DNA of 64,000 nucleotides from a virus: positions 21,344 to 85,343 of the IMG/VR virus record IMGVR_UViG_3300023174_000122; one strand, written 5' to 3'. A program made the translations under genes and the position numbers. The notes beneath the pieces were generated by a model. That model saw only the letters and a program-made list of their open reading frames with translations. It was not told where the DNA came from and ran no database searches. Below, one piece after another: positions 1 to 10,059 of the stretch. Within the stretch, counting starts at the first letter, position 1. Every line of letters begins with the position of its first letter.

Positions 1-2
1 CA

Positions 3-3000
3 AAAATATCTAATATAAATCAATTATCCAATGCTGGATCATTTAAAAGTATTACTGGGGCAGTTTTTGAATCAGCAGTAGGGCTTGCTACAGGCTCTTT
101 AAACGAAGGCCGAGCTCAAAATGCACCAATAGATTTTGCTTCGCCAACCACAGAACTTAAAAAATTATTTAATGGACTCCAGGCTTCTCAATATGAAGCA
201 AAAGTTAACTCTAATCCAGATCAAGTTAATAGTGTTGCTCAAAAGATATTAAATCTAGGATTAGTTTCTGGAGGTCTAAAAGGGAAAATAGCTAAACAAT
301 TAGGTCCAGATTATAAAAAAGAAACTAATCAAAAGGTGCTTGGTTTAGAAAGAAACGAGTTGGAAAGGATAAGAGATTCAGGAGGCAAATTAACTCCAGA
401 GCAATCAAATAGATTAACTAGATTAAATAGTTTGAAAAAAAATAAAGCTGCTGCTGGCTTTATACCTAATTTCTCTGCTCTTCAAGAAGCTATGCAAAGA
501 GAACAAGCCGCTGGAATAAATCCAAGTCAAATTAGGGTTGGATCAGATTCATCTTTAGCTGGAAAAGATAATCCATATGGACTTGGAATTTATAATACAA
601 AAGACGAACCAGCAGGATTAAAGCAAGGAATAAATAGATCAAAAGGACATATACCAAATTTTGCTATGCCAGTTGCAACGCCTGGAGCAGGAAGCATACC
701 AGTTCCAGAAATGAAAGAACTTGGAAAAAGCGCGAAAGATGCATCAACTGCTCAAGAAAAACATACCGCTAAAATGCAACTTGCTCAAGGAAAACTACTC
801 GCTTTTGGAATGGGTATGTCAGTTCTTCAAGGCACAATGATGCAATTTGGAGATCAAACTAGCAAATTATCTCAAGTGATGAATTCAGCTACTAGCGTAA
901 TTAGCACAGCTAGTACTGGTCTTGGTACATTTGGCACAGGTAAAGGAGGAATTGCTGCTACTGGAGGAATGTTAGCTATGCAAGGTGTAGCAGGACTATC
1001 TGCTTCAGCAGACAAACCACGCACAACCGAAATAGCAAAATTAAATGCCGATTTAGATAAAATGAGAGAATCTGCTGGAAAATTAGATGGAGTAGTTAGT
1101 CAATTAACTCCAACTTTAAATGATTATGCAGCTGAAATGGAAAAGTCTTTACCAGACCAATCTAAAGTAAAAGAATTTAAATCTGCTATATTAAATAGCA
1201 TATCTACTTTAGGTCCAGAGATGCAACAATCTATAATGAAAAATATATCTTCTCCTAAAGAGGTTCAAGGAACTTTAGCTAAAGCCCAAGAAAAAAGTGG
1301 AGCAGCTCAAGCAGAAAATCAATTATCTACTCAACTAAGTCAAAAACAACTATCAATAAGACAAAATATGGGAGCTCAAGGACAAATTGGCAGAATATTA
1401 ACAGCTGTTCCTGGTATGTCAGGAATAGGAGAGAAGATGATGAATAGGCAAGGCCCAGACAACGCTTTTAGCCAGCAAGAACAGGAATCTATTTCGGGTG
1501 ATTTATTATCTCCATTGACTAAAACTACTGAAGGTACGGTAGCTTTAGCAAATAGTTTAGCTGCTACAGCTGGAAATTCAAATGATTTTTTTAAAAAATT
1601 AGAAAATGTATCTGCTTCCCTTGGAGTAAATACAGAATCTTTTGGAAAATTAAATTCTATTCTTGCTAGTTCTCCACAATCCGCTGGGGCACTTGAAAAA
1701 ACTATAGTAAAAGCTTTAGAAGCTTCAATTAAAAAAGCAAAAGAATTAGCCCAACTTTCTGGTGGAGGAGCTACTACTTCAAAAAATTATACTGGAATTA
1801 GTAAATTATTTGGTAACACAAAAGAAGAGCTTTTACATCCAGCTGGAAAAAGTAGTTATGAAATGGAAACAGCTTCGGCTGGATATCTTTACAATCAAAC
1901 TAAAGATAAACCTGGTTTAGAAAATCTACATGGTGAAGCTGCTGGTCAATTAATGGATCAACTTAATAAAGGTGGAGTTAGTTTAGAGCAAATTGAAAAA
2001 CTTGCGCCAAATTTATCAAAAGATTTTCAAAAAATGGCTAGCAATAGACTAGAAAGACAAAAAAGTGTTATGGGAGATGCTCTTACCGCTGGTGGAGCAA
2101 ATCCAGAAGAAGTAAAAAAATTATTAGAAAATTTTAAACCACCCGATGCTGCTGAGACATTAACAAAAGAACTTTTTGGTGAATTACCAGCAGATATAAC
2201 TAAAATGGGAACTTTTATAGTAGCTCAAACCGCAGAGCAAATCAAATCAAATTCTGCCGCTGTTGCTTTAACAGATGCTTTAACTAACCTTAGAAGTGCA
2301 ATTGAAAAAAATCAAAATCCAACAGCTAATGCGGCAGGATTTGCGGAAAATGCTACAAACCCAGAGACACCTAAACCAGATATCTTAAATAGTGCATTGG
2401 CTGGTGGTGGTATAATAACAGCTATAACTACTGGTGTTGTATCAGCGGTTGGATCTTCTTTGGTTAGTAAAATGCTTGGCACAGCTGCAACTGCTGCTCC
2501 TGCGGTTGGGACTGCTTCGACTACTGCAGTTGGGGCTACTACGACTGGTGCAGTTACAGGTGGGGTTGTTGGTGGTACTGAAGTTGCGGCTGGGGCTGCT
2601 GCTGGTGGTGCTGAAGTTGCAGCAGCTACTGGATTAACTACTGTTCTTGGCACAATAGCCGCTGGACTAGCAGCGTTTGCTGGTGGAGCAGCTGTTGGAT
2701 ATGGAGTAAGTCAAATATCTGCTGGAAAAGATGAGCAAGGCAACGATCAAAACGTGGCAGAGAAGTTGGGGGGTGCTATGTATAATGCCGCACCATCACT
2801 TTTTGGAGGTAATAGTGAACAAGATCAGCAAGCTTTAGACGATGATTATAATAAAAAACTTGCTAAAGAAAACGAACGATCTAAAAAAATAAAACAACAA
2901 AAAGCACTAGAATCCGCTCCAAAAGTAGATCAACAAACTGAAGATCAAGCTAAATCAGCAGAAACAATTGCAAAAAAAGAAGCACCTCAGCAAAATCAAA

Positions 3001-3197
3001 CAACTAATATAAATGTTGCCCCAAGTGTTAGTGTCTCACAAGTTGCCGCTACTGATAAAGCTGAACTTCAAAAAATGATAGAAGCAGAAGTTAAGAAATT
3101 TGGAGAGACTATTATTAAGATCGCAGATGATAGATCAAAAGCAAGATTAAGTGGCACAGTCAATCCCCCACAAGCTATGCAAAGACAGATGGGATAA
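3..3197 (+). CDS. Tail tape measure protein, C-terminal part (5'-truncated by the window edge)
   Basis: The frame is open from base 3, so the GTG at 336 is not the true start. The protein is long, A/Q/K/S-rich and helical, with Gly/Ala-rich hydrophobic stretches and two GxIPNF motifs. Its TMP-like C-terminus (TTNINVAPSVSV) directly precedes the tail genes. Confidence 0.75.
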   Translation, partial: KISNINQLSNAGSFKSITGAVFESAVGLATGSLNEGRAQNAPIDFASPTTELKKLFNGLQASQYEAKVNSNPDQVNSVAQKILNLGLVSGGLKGKIAKQLGPDYKKETNQKVLGLERNELERIRDSGGKLTPEQSNRLTRLNSLKKNKAAAGFIPNFSALQEAMQREQAAGINPSQIRVGSDSSLAGKDNPYGLGIYNTKDEPAGLKQGINRSKGHIPNFAMPVATPGAGSIPVPEMKELGKSAKDASTAQEKHTAKMQLAQGKLLAFGMGMSVLQGTMMQFGDQTSKLSQVMNSATSVISTASTGLGTFGTGKGGIAATGGMLAMQGVAGLSASADKPRTTEIAKLNADLDKMRESAGKLDGVVSQLTPTLNDYAAEMEKSLPDQSKVKEFKSAILNSISTLGPEMQQSIMKNISSPKEVQGTLAKAQEKSGAAQAENQLSTQLSQKQLSIRQNMGAQGQIGRILTAVPGMSGIGEKMMNRQGPDNAFSQQEQESISGDLLSPLTKTTEGTVALANSLAATAGNSNDFFKKLENVSASLGVNTESFGKLNSILASSPQSAGALEKTIVKALEASIKKAKELAQLSGGGATTSKNYTGISKLFGNTKEELLHPAGKSSYEMETASAGYLYNQTKDKPGLENLHGEAAGQLMDQLNKGGVSLEQIEKLAPNLSKDFQKMASNRLERQKSVMGDALTAGGANPEEVKKLLENFKPPDAAETLTKELFGELPADITKMGTFIVAQTAEQIKSNSAAVALTDALTNLRSAIEKNQNPTANAAGFAENATNPETPKPDILNSALAGGGIITAITTGVVSAVGSSLVSKMLGTAATAAPAVGTASTTAVGATTTGAVTGGVVGGTEVAAGAAAGGAEVAAATGLTTVLGTIAAGLAAFAGGAAVGYGVSQISAGKDEQGNDQNVAEKLGGAMYNAAPSLFGGNSEQDQQALDDDYNKKLAKENERSKKIKQQKALESAPKVDQQTEDQAKSAETIAKKEAPQQNQTTNINVAPSVSVSQVAATDKAELQKMIEAEVKKFGETIIKIADDRSKARLSGTVNPPQAMQRQMG

Positions 3198-3203
3198 TTT
3201 AGT

Positions 3204-4883
3204 ATGGCATCTTTTAATATATCTTTAGATTATCCAGAAATTACAAGCGCCACAAAGAGCATAGAAAAAAATCAAGCAAATATATTATTAAAAACCGTAC
3301 AAGATATCACTGTTAAGGGGAATTTACTAGCGATAAATAATCAGTCTGATTATGCCGCAATATGGGATCAAATTAATGCTATAAGTGATAACTCTAGCGC
3401 AAAAAATTGCACTCTTAATTTTGCAAATCTAGTTTCTTACTCTGGAGCTAAAATATTAAATATAAATTTTGATGAAACAAAAAATCAAGACGTTAAGAGC
3501 AAAAACTTTTCTATAACTTTCCAAATATATGAAGCAGTTACAAGTTCGATGTTAACATCATACGGTGTGTCATTAACAGATTTAAAAGATTTAGCAGATG
3601 TTAAAATAACGCAATCCAAAGAAGACAATATGGAGGGAACTAATTTAATAACTTCTGTGAATTTATCTTTTAATGAAAATGCAAGTACCTTTTCAAAAGG
3701 TAGAGCCGAAGCAATTAGTAAAGTTATACTTGCCGCAACAAACGCATTAACTCTTACTGCTTCTAGAACAACTTCTTCTAATATATATGATGAAAAAACT
3801 GCATCTTATACATTCATAGAAACAAAAAACAAATTCCGAGGAAGCTCAGGCGGATTTGCAATTTTAAGATCTAATAATTATAACATTCAAAATAATGGAG
3901 CAATTAATGTAACAGAAACTGAGCAAATAAAAATTGAAAAAAATACTTATACGATAGGTGAACTTTATAGTAAAGCCGATTCAGATGCTAATGCAGCTAG
4001 AGGTAGATGTATAGCTTTTATAAACTTGTATTATAATATATCATATGGAGCTGTTCCATCTCAATATAGAAATGTATGGATTGAATCAAGTAGGCAAATA
4101 ACAGTAGACGAGGCTCCAGGAACAGCTCAATATACAGTATCTATAACTAATGAACCAGAATACGCCAACAATGTTAGAGTAGAGATTGTAAATACTATAG
4201 AAGATCTTAAAAAAGAAGACTCAAAAAGAAAAATAACAAGGGGCACTATAACTGGCATAGGAAGTCCTCCAAATAAAGAACTTGCTCCTGCAAGTAATAA
4301 AAAATTATCATATGCAAAAACTTATTTTGATACTAATTATAAACCTAAATTTGTACAGGCAAAAACTTATACAGATAGGACAAGTGAAGTAAGTGGAGCG
4401 AAATATAAAACTTATATTACAAATGGAGATGTTTCATATAATATAAGTGAAGGCTCTATAAGCTTTAGCCTAACTTATGAAAGTAAACCAACTTTTACAG
4501 TGAAAACTGCGACCATGCTACATGGTTCGGCAGAAATATCAACTGAATCTGCAGTTAATTTAGCAAATCAATTTATCGTAATTGGAGGACTTTCGCCAGG
4601 AGAAGAACTAATACAACAAGGCGCGCAAGCCAAACCAATAAATGAAAACTTAAAAGTGCAAGGTGTTTTCAAAAGTGCCAAGGATTTACAAACTTATATA
4701 TCTACTTTTAAAGATTTAGTAAAAAATGTTTACGCAAACGGAATTATTAGATCAATCAATGTCTCAGCTAATTTAATTGAAAGATCTTTTCAAGCTAGCG
4801 CATCTTGGTTTAAATTTGGTGAATATAGAGAGAGATCATCATTTGAAGCTAAAGTAACCGCAAAAAGTGAAGTGCAAATATAA
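3204..4883 (+). CDS. Putative tail protein (distal-tail-like, beta-rich)
   Basis: 559-aa ORF directly after the TMP, with an alternating S/T/hydrophobic beta-strand pattern. The function is inferred from synteny only. Confidence 0.5.
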   Translation: MASFNISLDYPEITSATKSIEKNQANILLKTVQDITVKGNLLAINNQSDYAAIWDQINAISDNSSAKNCTLNFANLVSYSGAKILNINFDETKNQDVKSKNFSITFQIYEAVTSSMLTSYGVSLTDLKDLADVKITQSKEDNMEGTNLITSVNLSFNENASTFSKGRAEAISKVILAATNALTLTASRTTSSNIYDEKTASYTFIETKNKFRGSSGGFAILRSNNYNIQNNGAINVTETEQIKIEKNTYTIGELYSKADSDANAARGRCIAFINLYYNISYGAVPSQYRNVWIESSRQITVDEAPGTAQYTVSITNEPEYANNVRVEIVNTIEDLKKEDSKRKITRGTITGIGSPPNKELAPASNKKLSYAKTYFDTNYKPKFVQAKTYTDRTSEVSGAKYKTYITNGDVSYNISEGSISFSLTYESKPTFTVKTATMLHGSAEISTESAVNLANQFIVIGGLSPGEELIQQGAQAKPINENLKVQGVFKSAKDLQTYISTFKDLVKNVYANGIIRSINVSANLIERSFQASASWFKFGEYRERSSFEAKVTAKSEVQI

Positions 4884-6409
4884 TGAGCAATATAAGTTTA
4901 CCATATGGTTTTTTAGAAGGCTCAAGTTTAGCTGATAAAAAGATTACAGCTTTTGCTACCAAAAGAATAGAGCCAATATTTAATGGCCCAATTCAATACG
5001 CAAATAAGGTAGTGTTTACAATAGAAGGAGAATATCTTCCTCAAGGAGTTGAAGGGAATATACCTAATCAAGCAACAATTGGTATTAAAACATTTTTAGA
5101 TAGTTTTTCTACATTAAATAATGGTAATTGTACGCTTTCAAGTATAAATTTGAATGAAGCTAATTGGATTGGTCATATTCCATATACTGTAGAATGCGAA
5201 TGCTATAGTTTCATGGATGATAATTTAAATAAGACTATAAATGCTAAAAATGAAATAAGTGTTACCGAAAATATAGATGGAACAATTTCTATTAATAGAA
5301 GTATAGACGTAAGTGCAATATCAATTGCTGGTTCAAATGCTCTAACTAACGCAAAAACTTTTGCTCAATTTCTTAGTGGACAAACATCAAGTTGGAATTT
5401 AAATTACTCTACAAGCTCTAAAAATGGAACTTTTGGTTCAACTGTATTAAATAGTTCTTCAGAAACAGCAGACGTTACTAATGGAAGTTACAGTATACAA
5501 CAAAATTTTACAGCTAATCTCTCAAACACGCATATAAACAAAAAAGCTATAGTAAAAAACAATATAGAAAAACAATCCAGTATTGATGGATTGGCTACGT
5601 TAAATATAAAATCTAGCGTTATAGGAGGAATTAATTCATCTGAACTAGAATTAAAAAGTCTAGCAAAAACAAACGCTTTTTCTCCTCCTGCAGATTTTTA
5701 TTTAATATCAAATACGACTAGTTATGATGATGTCCAAAAAACAATTGAAATTAATACTGTTTATTCTAATGATTTAACTATAACTAAAAATGGAAATAAA
5801 GTCACAAATAGTTTAAGTTTTAATTATGATTTTTTTGCTCAAACTACAAGCGCTTCATTTAATTCTGAATCTAAACCAGCTACAGTAATAAAATCTACTA
5901 ACAATACAAAAGCAGATTTATCTAAAGACATTTCAAAACAAATAAAAGATTATGATCCTTTAGGACAAAATCTTATCTTAGAGGGCGCAAGCGATAGCGA
6001 TAGTATTTTAACCCAATCATCAGCATATTCAGAAAATTATATATCATCTCCTGCTGTGCAAGGTGGTTCGCAAGGTATATCTATGCATGATCTTAGCTGT
6101 AATATTGATTATCAGGCTGGATTTCCACAGAATACTTTTGCACCAATTTTAAGTGGTAAAGGTGAATATTACCTTGAAAATTTAGATTTTGTTAACAATT
6201 CAGTCTTGACTGTTTCAGTGCAAGGAAAATATGTTACTACTCCACCTACCGTAAGCTTTTTTAAAGATTTTGTAACAAGCGGGGAAATAGTCAAATTAAG
6301 CAAAACTTTATTATTAAAAGACGAAATTTCAATTGACCATAAAAATAGAACTTTTAATTATACAAAACAAACCGTTGGAAATGATTCAACCTTCAAGGAT
6401 ATAACATGA
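4883..6409 (+). CDS. Putative tail protein, same beta-rich class as the preceding gene
   Basis: 508-aa ORF coupled by a TAATG overlap. It has similar beta-strand repeats (ISVTENIDGTISINRSIDV vs YNIQNNGAINVTETEQI). Confidence 0.5.
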   Translation: MSNISLPYGFLEGSSLADKKITAFATKRIEPIFNGPIQYANKVVFTIEGEYLPQGVEGNIPNQATIGIKTFLDSFSTLNNGNCTLSSINLNEANWIGHIPYTVECECYSFMDDNLNKTINAKNEISVTENIDGTISINRSIDVSAISIAGSNALTNAKTFAQFLSGQTSSWNLNYSTSSKNGTFGSTVLNSSSETADVTNGSYSIQQNFTANLSNTHINKKAIVKNNIEKQSSIDGLATLNIKSSVIGGINSSELELKSLAKTNAFSPPADFYLISNTTSYDDVQKTIEINTVYSNDLTITKNGNKVTNSLSFNYDFFAQTTSASFNSESKPATVIKSTNNTKADLSKDISKQIKDYDPLGQNLILEGASDSDSILTQSSAYSENYISSPAVQGGSQGISMHDLSCNIDYQAGFPQNTFAPILSGKGEYYLENLDFVNNSVLTVSVQGKYVTTPPTVSFFKDFVTSGEIVKLSKTLLLKDEISIDHKNRTFNYTKQTVGNDSTFKDIT

Positions 6410-9400
6410 AAAATAGTACTAAATATTTTTTAAATAATCTTAGCGTCGGGACCGAGGATTATATATTGCATTATATGTTTGATAGCGATAATTTTAGTGG
6501 AAATTATTACGTATATAATAATTCTACTTATGAAGATTATACTGGATATTATTCTGGATCAAATTTAACCAATAATTTAAATAAACAAACTGGATATTTA
6601 TATTTTACTGGCACAAGTAATTTAAAGATAAACCTTAAAGACTTTCAGAGCGATTCTTATACATTTTTGCTATCTTACGAAAGAACTAACAATAGTCCTT
6701 GTGTGTTATTTTCTAATTTAAATACTGGCGCTAATGGTCAATATTACGGTTTTAATGCTTGTGTTAATAGCTATAATAATCTTTTAATTGAATATTATGA
6801 TTCTAATAAAGAATTAAAATATCTTTCTCCAAAATACAATCTAGACACAAAAGGGATTATTAGCTTTAGGGGTTACGCTGATAATATTTTCTTGAGTTAT
6901 TATAATGCTGCATATGATGATTTATTTACTGAAGCTTTTTCTATTGATAATAATATTTCGCCAAACGTAAGTGGTTTAATAGTCTTGGCTAGCGGAAAGT
7001 TTTCTAACTTACCAAATTATAGTGGCTACATCAAAGACTTTATCTTTATCGACAAAAACATAAATGATTCTCAGTTAAATAAAATTATAGATCAATTCAC
7101 TTATAATTTAAAAACATACTATACTTTTGAGAAAGGCGCAGAATCTTACAGCTATAGTAATTACCCAGAGGATGTTACTCATGTTTTTGATAGTTATGTT
7201 GATGTAACTGGTTGTTTTAATAATACATTTTTAGATAATACTGGAGTAATTTATGGCAGTATAACAGGAAGTAATTATAGTTTAGATCTTACTGGAATCA
7301 CTGGATACAATTTAACTACTCCACAAAATTTATTATTATTAAAAAATAAAATTAAAAAATTTGAATATTTTGGGGATGGAACAGCTTTAGCTTTATTACA
7401 AGATAATACTATTACTGGATGGGGAAGTAATGATCAAGGATCTCTTTATGGAGTTACTGGATACGCTGGACATTGGACTGGATCTCCAGTTGGAAAACTA
7501 ACAAATATAACAGACATATCTTGCAAAAATAATTTTTGCTTTGCCTTAAAAGATGATAATACGGTAACTGGGTGGGGAGATAATGGTTACGGAAAGATAT
7601 ATGGCACAATATTATATACCGATCCAATGAATAACATTTTTACTGGAAATTATAGTGACACTCCACTTGGCCAATTAACAGATATTACTAGTGCTAAAGT
7701 TGGATATAATCATTCATTATTCTTAAAAAATGATGGAACATTAATTATTTGGGGAGATAATAGTTTTAATCAAGTTGCATTTATTAATGATAGAGAGAAT
7801 TTAAATTATCCTCTTAAAATACAAATTACTGGCATATATAATGATTGGAGCTATCTTTCTGGATTAACTTTAAACTATACTGGACAATATAACTCTAAAC
7901 CAGCATATAAATATACCAATGATCTTGAAAATTTTGGTCTTTCCTTATATAACAATACAACTGGCTGGATTTTAGATTATGGTAGTTTATCTGATGTTAT
8001 TGAAATTACTGGTAATACAAGCTTGCCAACAAACAACAATTTAAATATTCCATATCAAATAGTAATTGAAAATAGTCAAGATACAGGAATTAATGGATTA
8101 TATATTTATAGAAGTGTAGATTCAATTTATTGGAAAGATGGCACTAACTCTAATGTGATCATTGGAAATGATGGAGGATATGGTAATAACGTATGGGGTA
8201 TTGAATCTTACGGAGATATAGTTTATTTTAATAGTGGAATTGGTTCGCCAAGTTTATTTCCTTTAACTGGTTGGAGTGGAAATAATGAATTTGATTACTA
8301 TGGTGATATTACTATCAAACCAAAATATGTTCAATTGGATTATGTATATAATAGTGATACTGAAGGAAGATTTACTGGAGTTTTTGAAGAGACTTTGATA
8401 GCTCAATTAACTGGAATATCAAAAATATCTGTTGGAGGATATCATAATGTAGCTTTAAAAGCAGATGGAACTGTAACTGGTTGGGGCGGAGAAGGTCTTG
8501 ACGCAAATCCAAGAGGTGGAAATGGCTTAACTGGAGTATTAGATATTGCTGCTGGAACTACTCATACAATAGCTATATTAAATACTAATAACTCAATAAC
8601 AGGTTGGGGAGATGATATGCATGGTCAAGCTGGTGATCCACTTGGTTTAACTGGCGCAATTCAAATAGATGCTGGATTTAATTTTTCTACTATTCTTTTA
8701 GCAAATAAAAATTTAAATTATTATGGATTAGTAGGATTTGGTAATTTCTTAACAAATGTTAAAAAATATAATAGTTCAGAATATGGAACGTATGCAGAAT
8801 ATATAACTGGTCAACAAGTTAAAAATTTAGTTTCTGGTAACGCTTATTTTAATTATACCATAGAAGTTGAAAGACCGACTATAGTAACAGAAACAATAAC
8901 AACAATAGTTAGTCAAATTTCTGGTTATGAAAATCAACTATTATTTTCTGGAGTAACTGGATACAATACTGGTTGGTATAAAGATATCCCAGATTTTTGT
9001 GGAACAGGATTTCCGCTTTATCTTATTTCTGGTATTATCGGAACTATCACGGGAGATGTATTAACTGGAATTGATATAACCACTTCATCTTCTATTTCTC
9101 AAAGAGTAGTTCTCTCAAATCAAACTTATCAAACTGGATTTTCTTCTGGTATTTACGACTCTCTCAAAACTGGAAATTATATTTATGAATTTAATTATAC
9201 CAATAATGGTAATGATGTTAACGGATTAGAAAATTTATACTTAGATTCTGGTTATTATACTCAACAGTCTAAAAATATTTTAGACAGAGAAAATTGCTTG
9301 ATAACAAATAAAAATACCACCCTAAATTATAATAAAAATTATACTTTAGAGAAGAACATAGAATTCTTAAAAGATTTTGGTGTTGACTTATTATTGATTA

Positions 9401-10059
9401 ATCAACTTATAGATAACAAAGATATAATTGAAATTTACTTATTTAAAATAAATAGCGGCCTAAATGTAGATTTAAATAATTCATTATTAATGAGCAAGTC
9501 TTCTAAAGATTTTAGATTTAATAATAGCGGATTAAATTATTCCGTAAATTTAAATGGTGTAGCTCAAATTACAGGGAGCAATTATACTATATCTAATACG
9601 ACATTAGGTTCTCCAGTTTCATTTTATGAATTTAGTGATAATCTTGATGGGGATTTCATCAAAACTAATGAATTTTTATTAAATTATACTGGTCAGACTG
9701 GTCAAGCTTTATCAACAAAAGACTTTTTATATTTAAATGGTCAAAAATTAATAAGTGGATATCAATATAATTTTGGGTCTTCTGCTGTGAGCTTTGTTAC
9801 TGGAAACATTCCTGTCACAGGATTAATATATGGATTTAATGTGTTGGTTGATTATGTTGTATATACTGGTAATATGTATACTTTTGATTTACCTAGATTT
9901 AGTAAAAATAGTGAATTAATATGGTTAAATGGTATTAAATTAAGATCTGATAGCTATTATGAAATTTCAGAAAATGATTCTTTTTATAATCCAATTTTTA
10001 GTGACAAAACAGCTGTAAATATATATAATAATACGGATAATTATTTTAATGAGTACTAA
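6406..10059 (+). CDS. Tail-associated adhesin-like protein: N-terminal LamG-like domain, RCC1-like propeller repeats, C-terminal LNG repeats
   Basis: RCC1-type repeats (ALKDDNTVTGWGDNGYG; GGYHNVALKADGTVTGWG; AAGTTHTIA) and a LamG-like ending (YSGYIKDFIFIDKNINDSQL). Confidence 0.7.
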   Translation: MKNSTKYFLNNLSVGTEDYILHYMFDSDNFSGNYYVYNNSTYEDYTGYYSGSNLTNNLNKQTGYLYFTGTSNLKINLKDFQSDSYTFLLSYERTNNSPCVLFSNLNTGANGQYYGFNACVNSYNNLLIEYYDSNKELKYLSPKYNLDTKGIISFRGYADNIFLSYYNAAYDDLFTEAFSIDNNISPNVSGLIVLASGKFSNLPNYSGYIKDFIFIDKNINDSQLNKIIDQFTYNLKTYYTFEKGAESYSYSNYPEDVTHVFDSYVDVTGCFNNTFLDNTGVIYGSITGSNYSLDLTGITGYNLTTPQNLLLLKNKIKKFEYFGDGTALALLQDNTITGWGSNDQGSLYGVTGYAGHWTGSPVGKLTNITDISCKNNFCFALKDDNTVTGWGDNGYGKIYGTILYTDPMNNIFTGNYSDTPLGQLTDITSAKVGYNHSLFLKNDGTLIIWGDNSFNQVAFINDRENLNYPLKIQITGIYNDWSYLSGLTLNYTGQYNSKPAYKYTNDLENFGLSLYNNTTGWILDYGSLSDVIEITGNTSLPTNNNLNIPYQIVIENSQDTGINGLYIYRSVDSIYWKDGTNSNVIIGNDGGYGNNVWGIESYGDIVYFNSGIGSPSLFPLTGWSGNNEFDYYGDITIKPKYVQLDYVYNSDTEGRFTGVFEETLIAQLTGISKISVGGYHNVALKADGTVTGWGGEGLDANPRGGNGLTGVLDIAAGTTHTIAILNTNNSITGWGDDMHGQAGDPLGLTGAIQIDAGFNFSTILLANKNLNYYGLVGFGNFLTNVKKYNSSEYGTYAEYITGQQVKNLVSGNAYFNYTIEVERPTIVTETITTIVSQISGYENQLLFSGVTGYNTGWYKDIPDFCGTGFPLYLISGIIGTITGDVLTGIDITTSSSISQRVVLSNQTYQTGFSSGIYDSLKTGNYIYEFNYTNNGNDVNGLENLYLDSGYYTQQSKNILDRENCLITNKNTTLNYNKNYTLEKNIEFLKDFGVDLLLINQLIDNKDIIEIYLFKINSGLNVDLNNSLLMSKSSKDFRFNNSGLNYSVNLNGVAQITGSNYTISNTTLGSPVSFYEFSDNLDGDFIKTNEFLLNYTGQTGQALSTKDFLYLNGQKLISGYQYNFGSSAVSFVTGNIPVTGLIYGFNVLVDYVVYTGNMYTFDLPRFSKNSELIWLNGIKLRSDSYYEISENDSFYNPIFSDKTAVNIYNNTDNYFNEY

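Noticed and set aside
336-338. GTG at 336 as the start of the first gene
   Set aside because: The reading frame is open back to base 3.
2312-2653. Antisense Pro/Ala/Thr-rich ORF and alternate-frame Leu-rich ORF 2434-2637
   Set aside because: Shadows of the low-complexity Gly/Ala/Thr codons of the tape measure gene.
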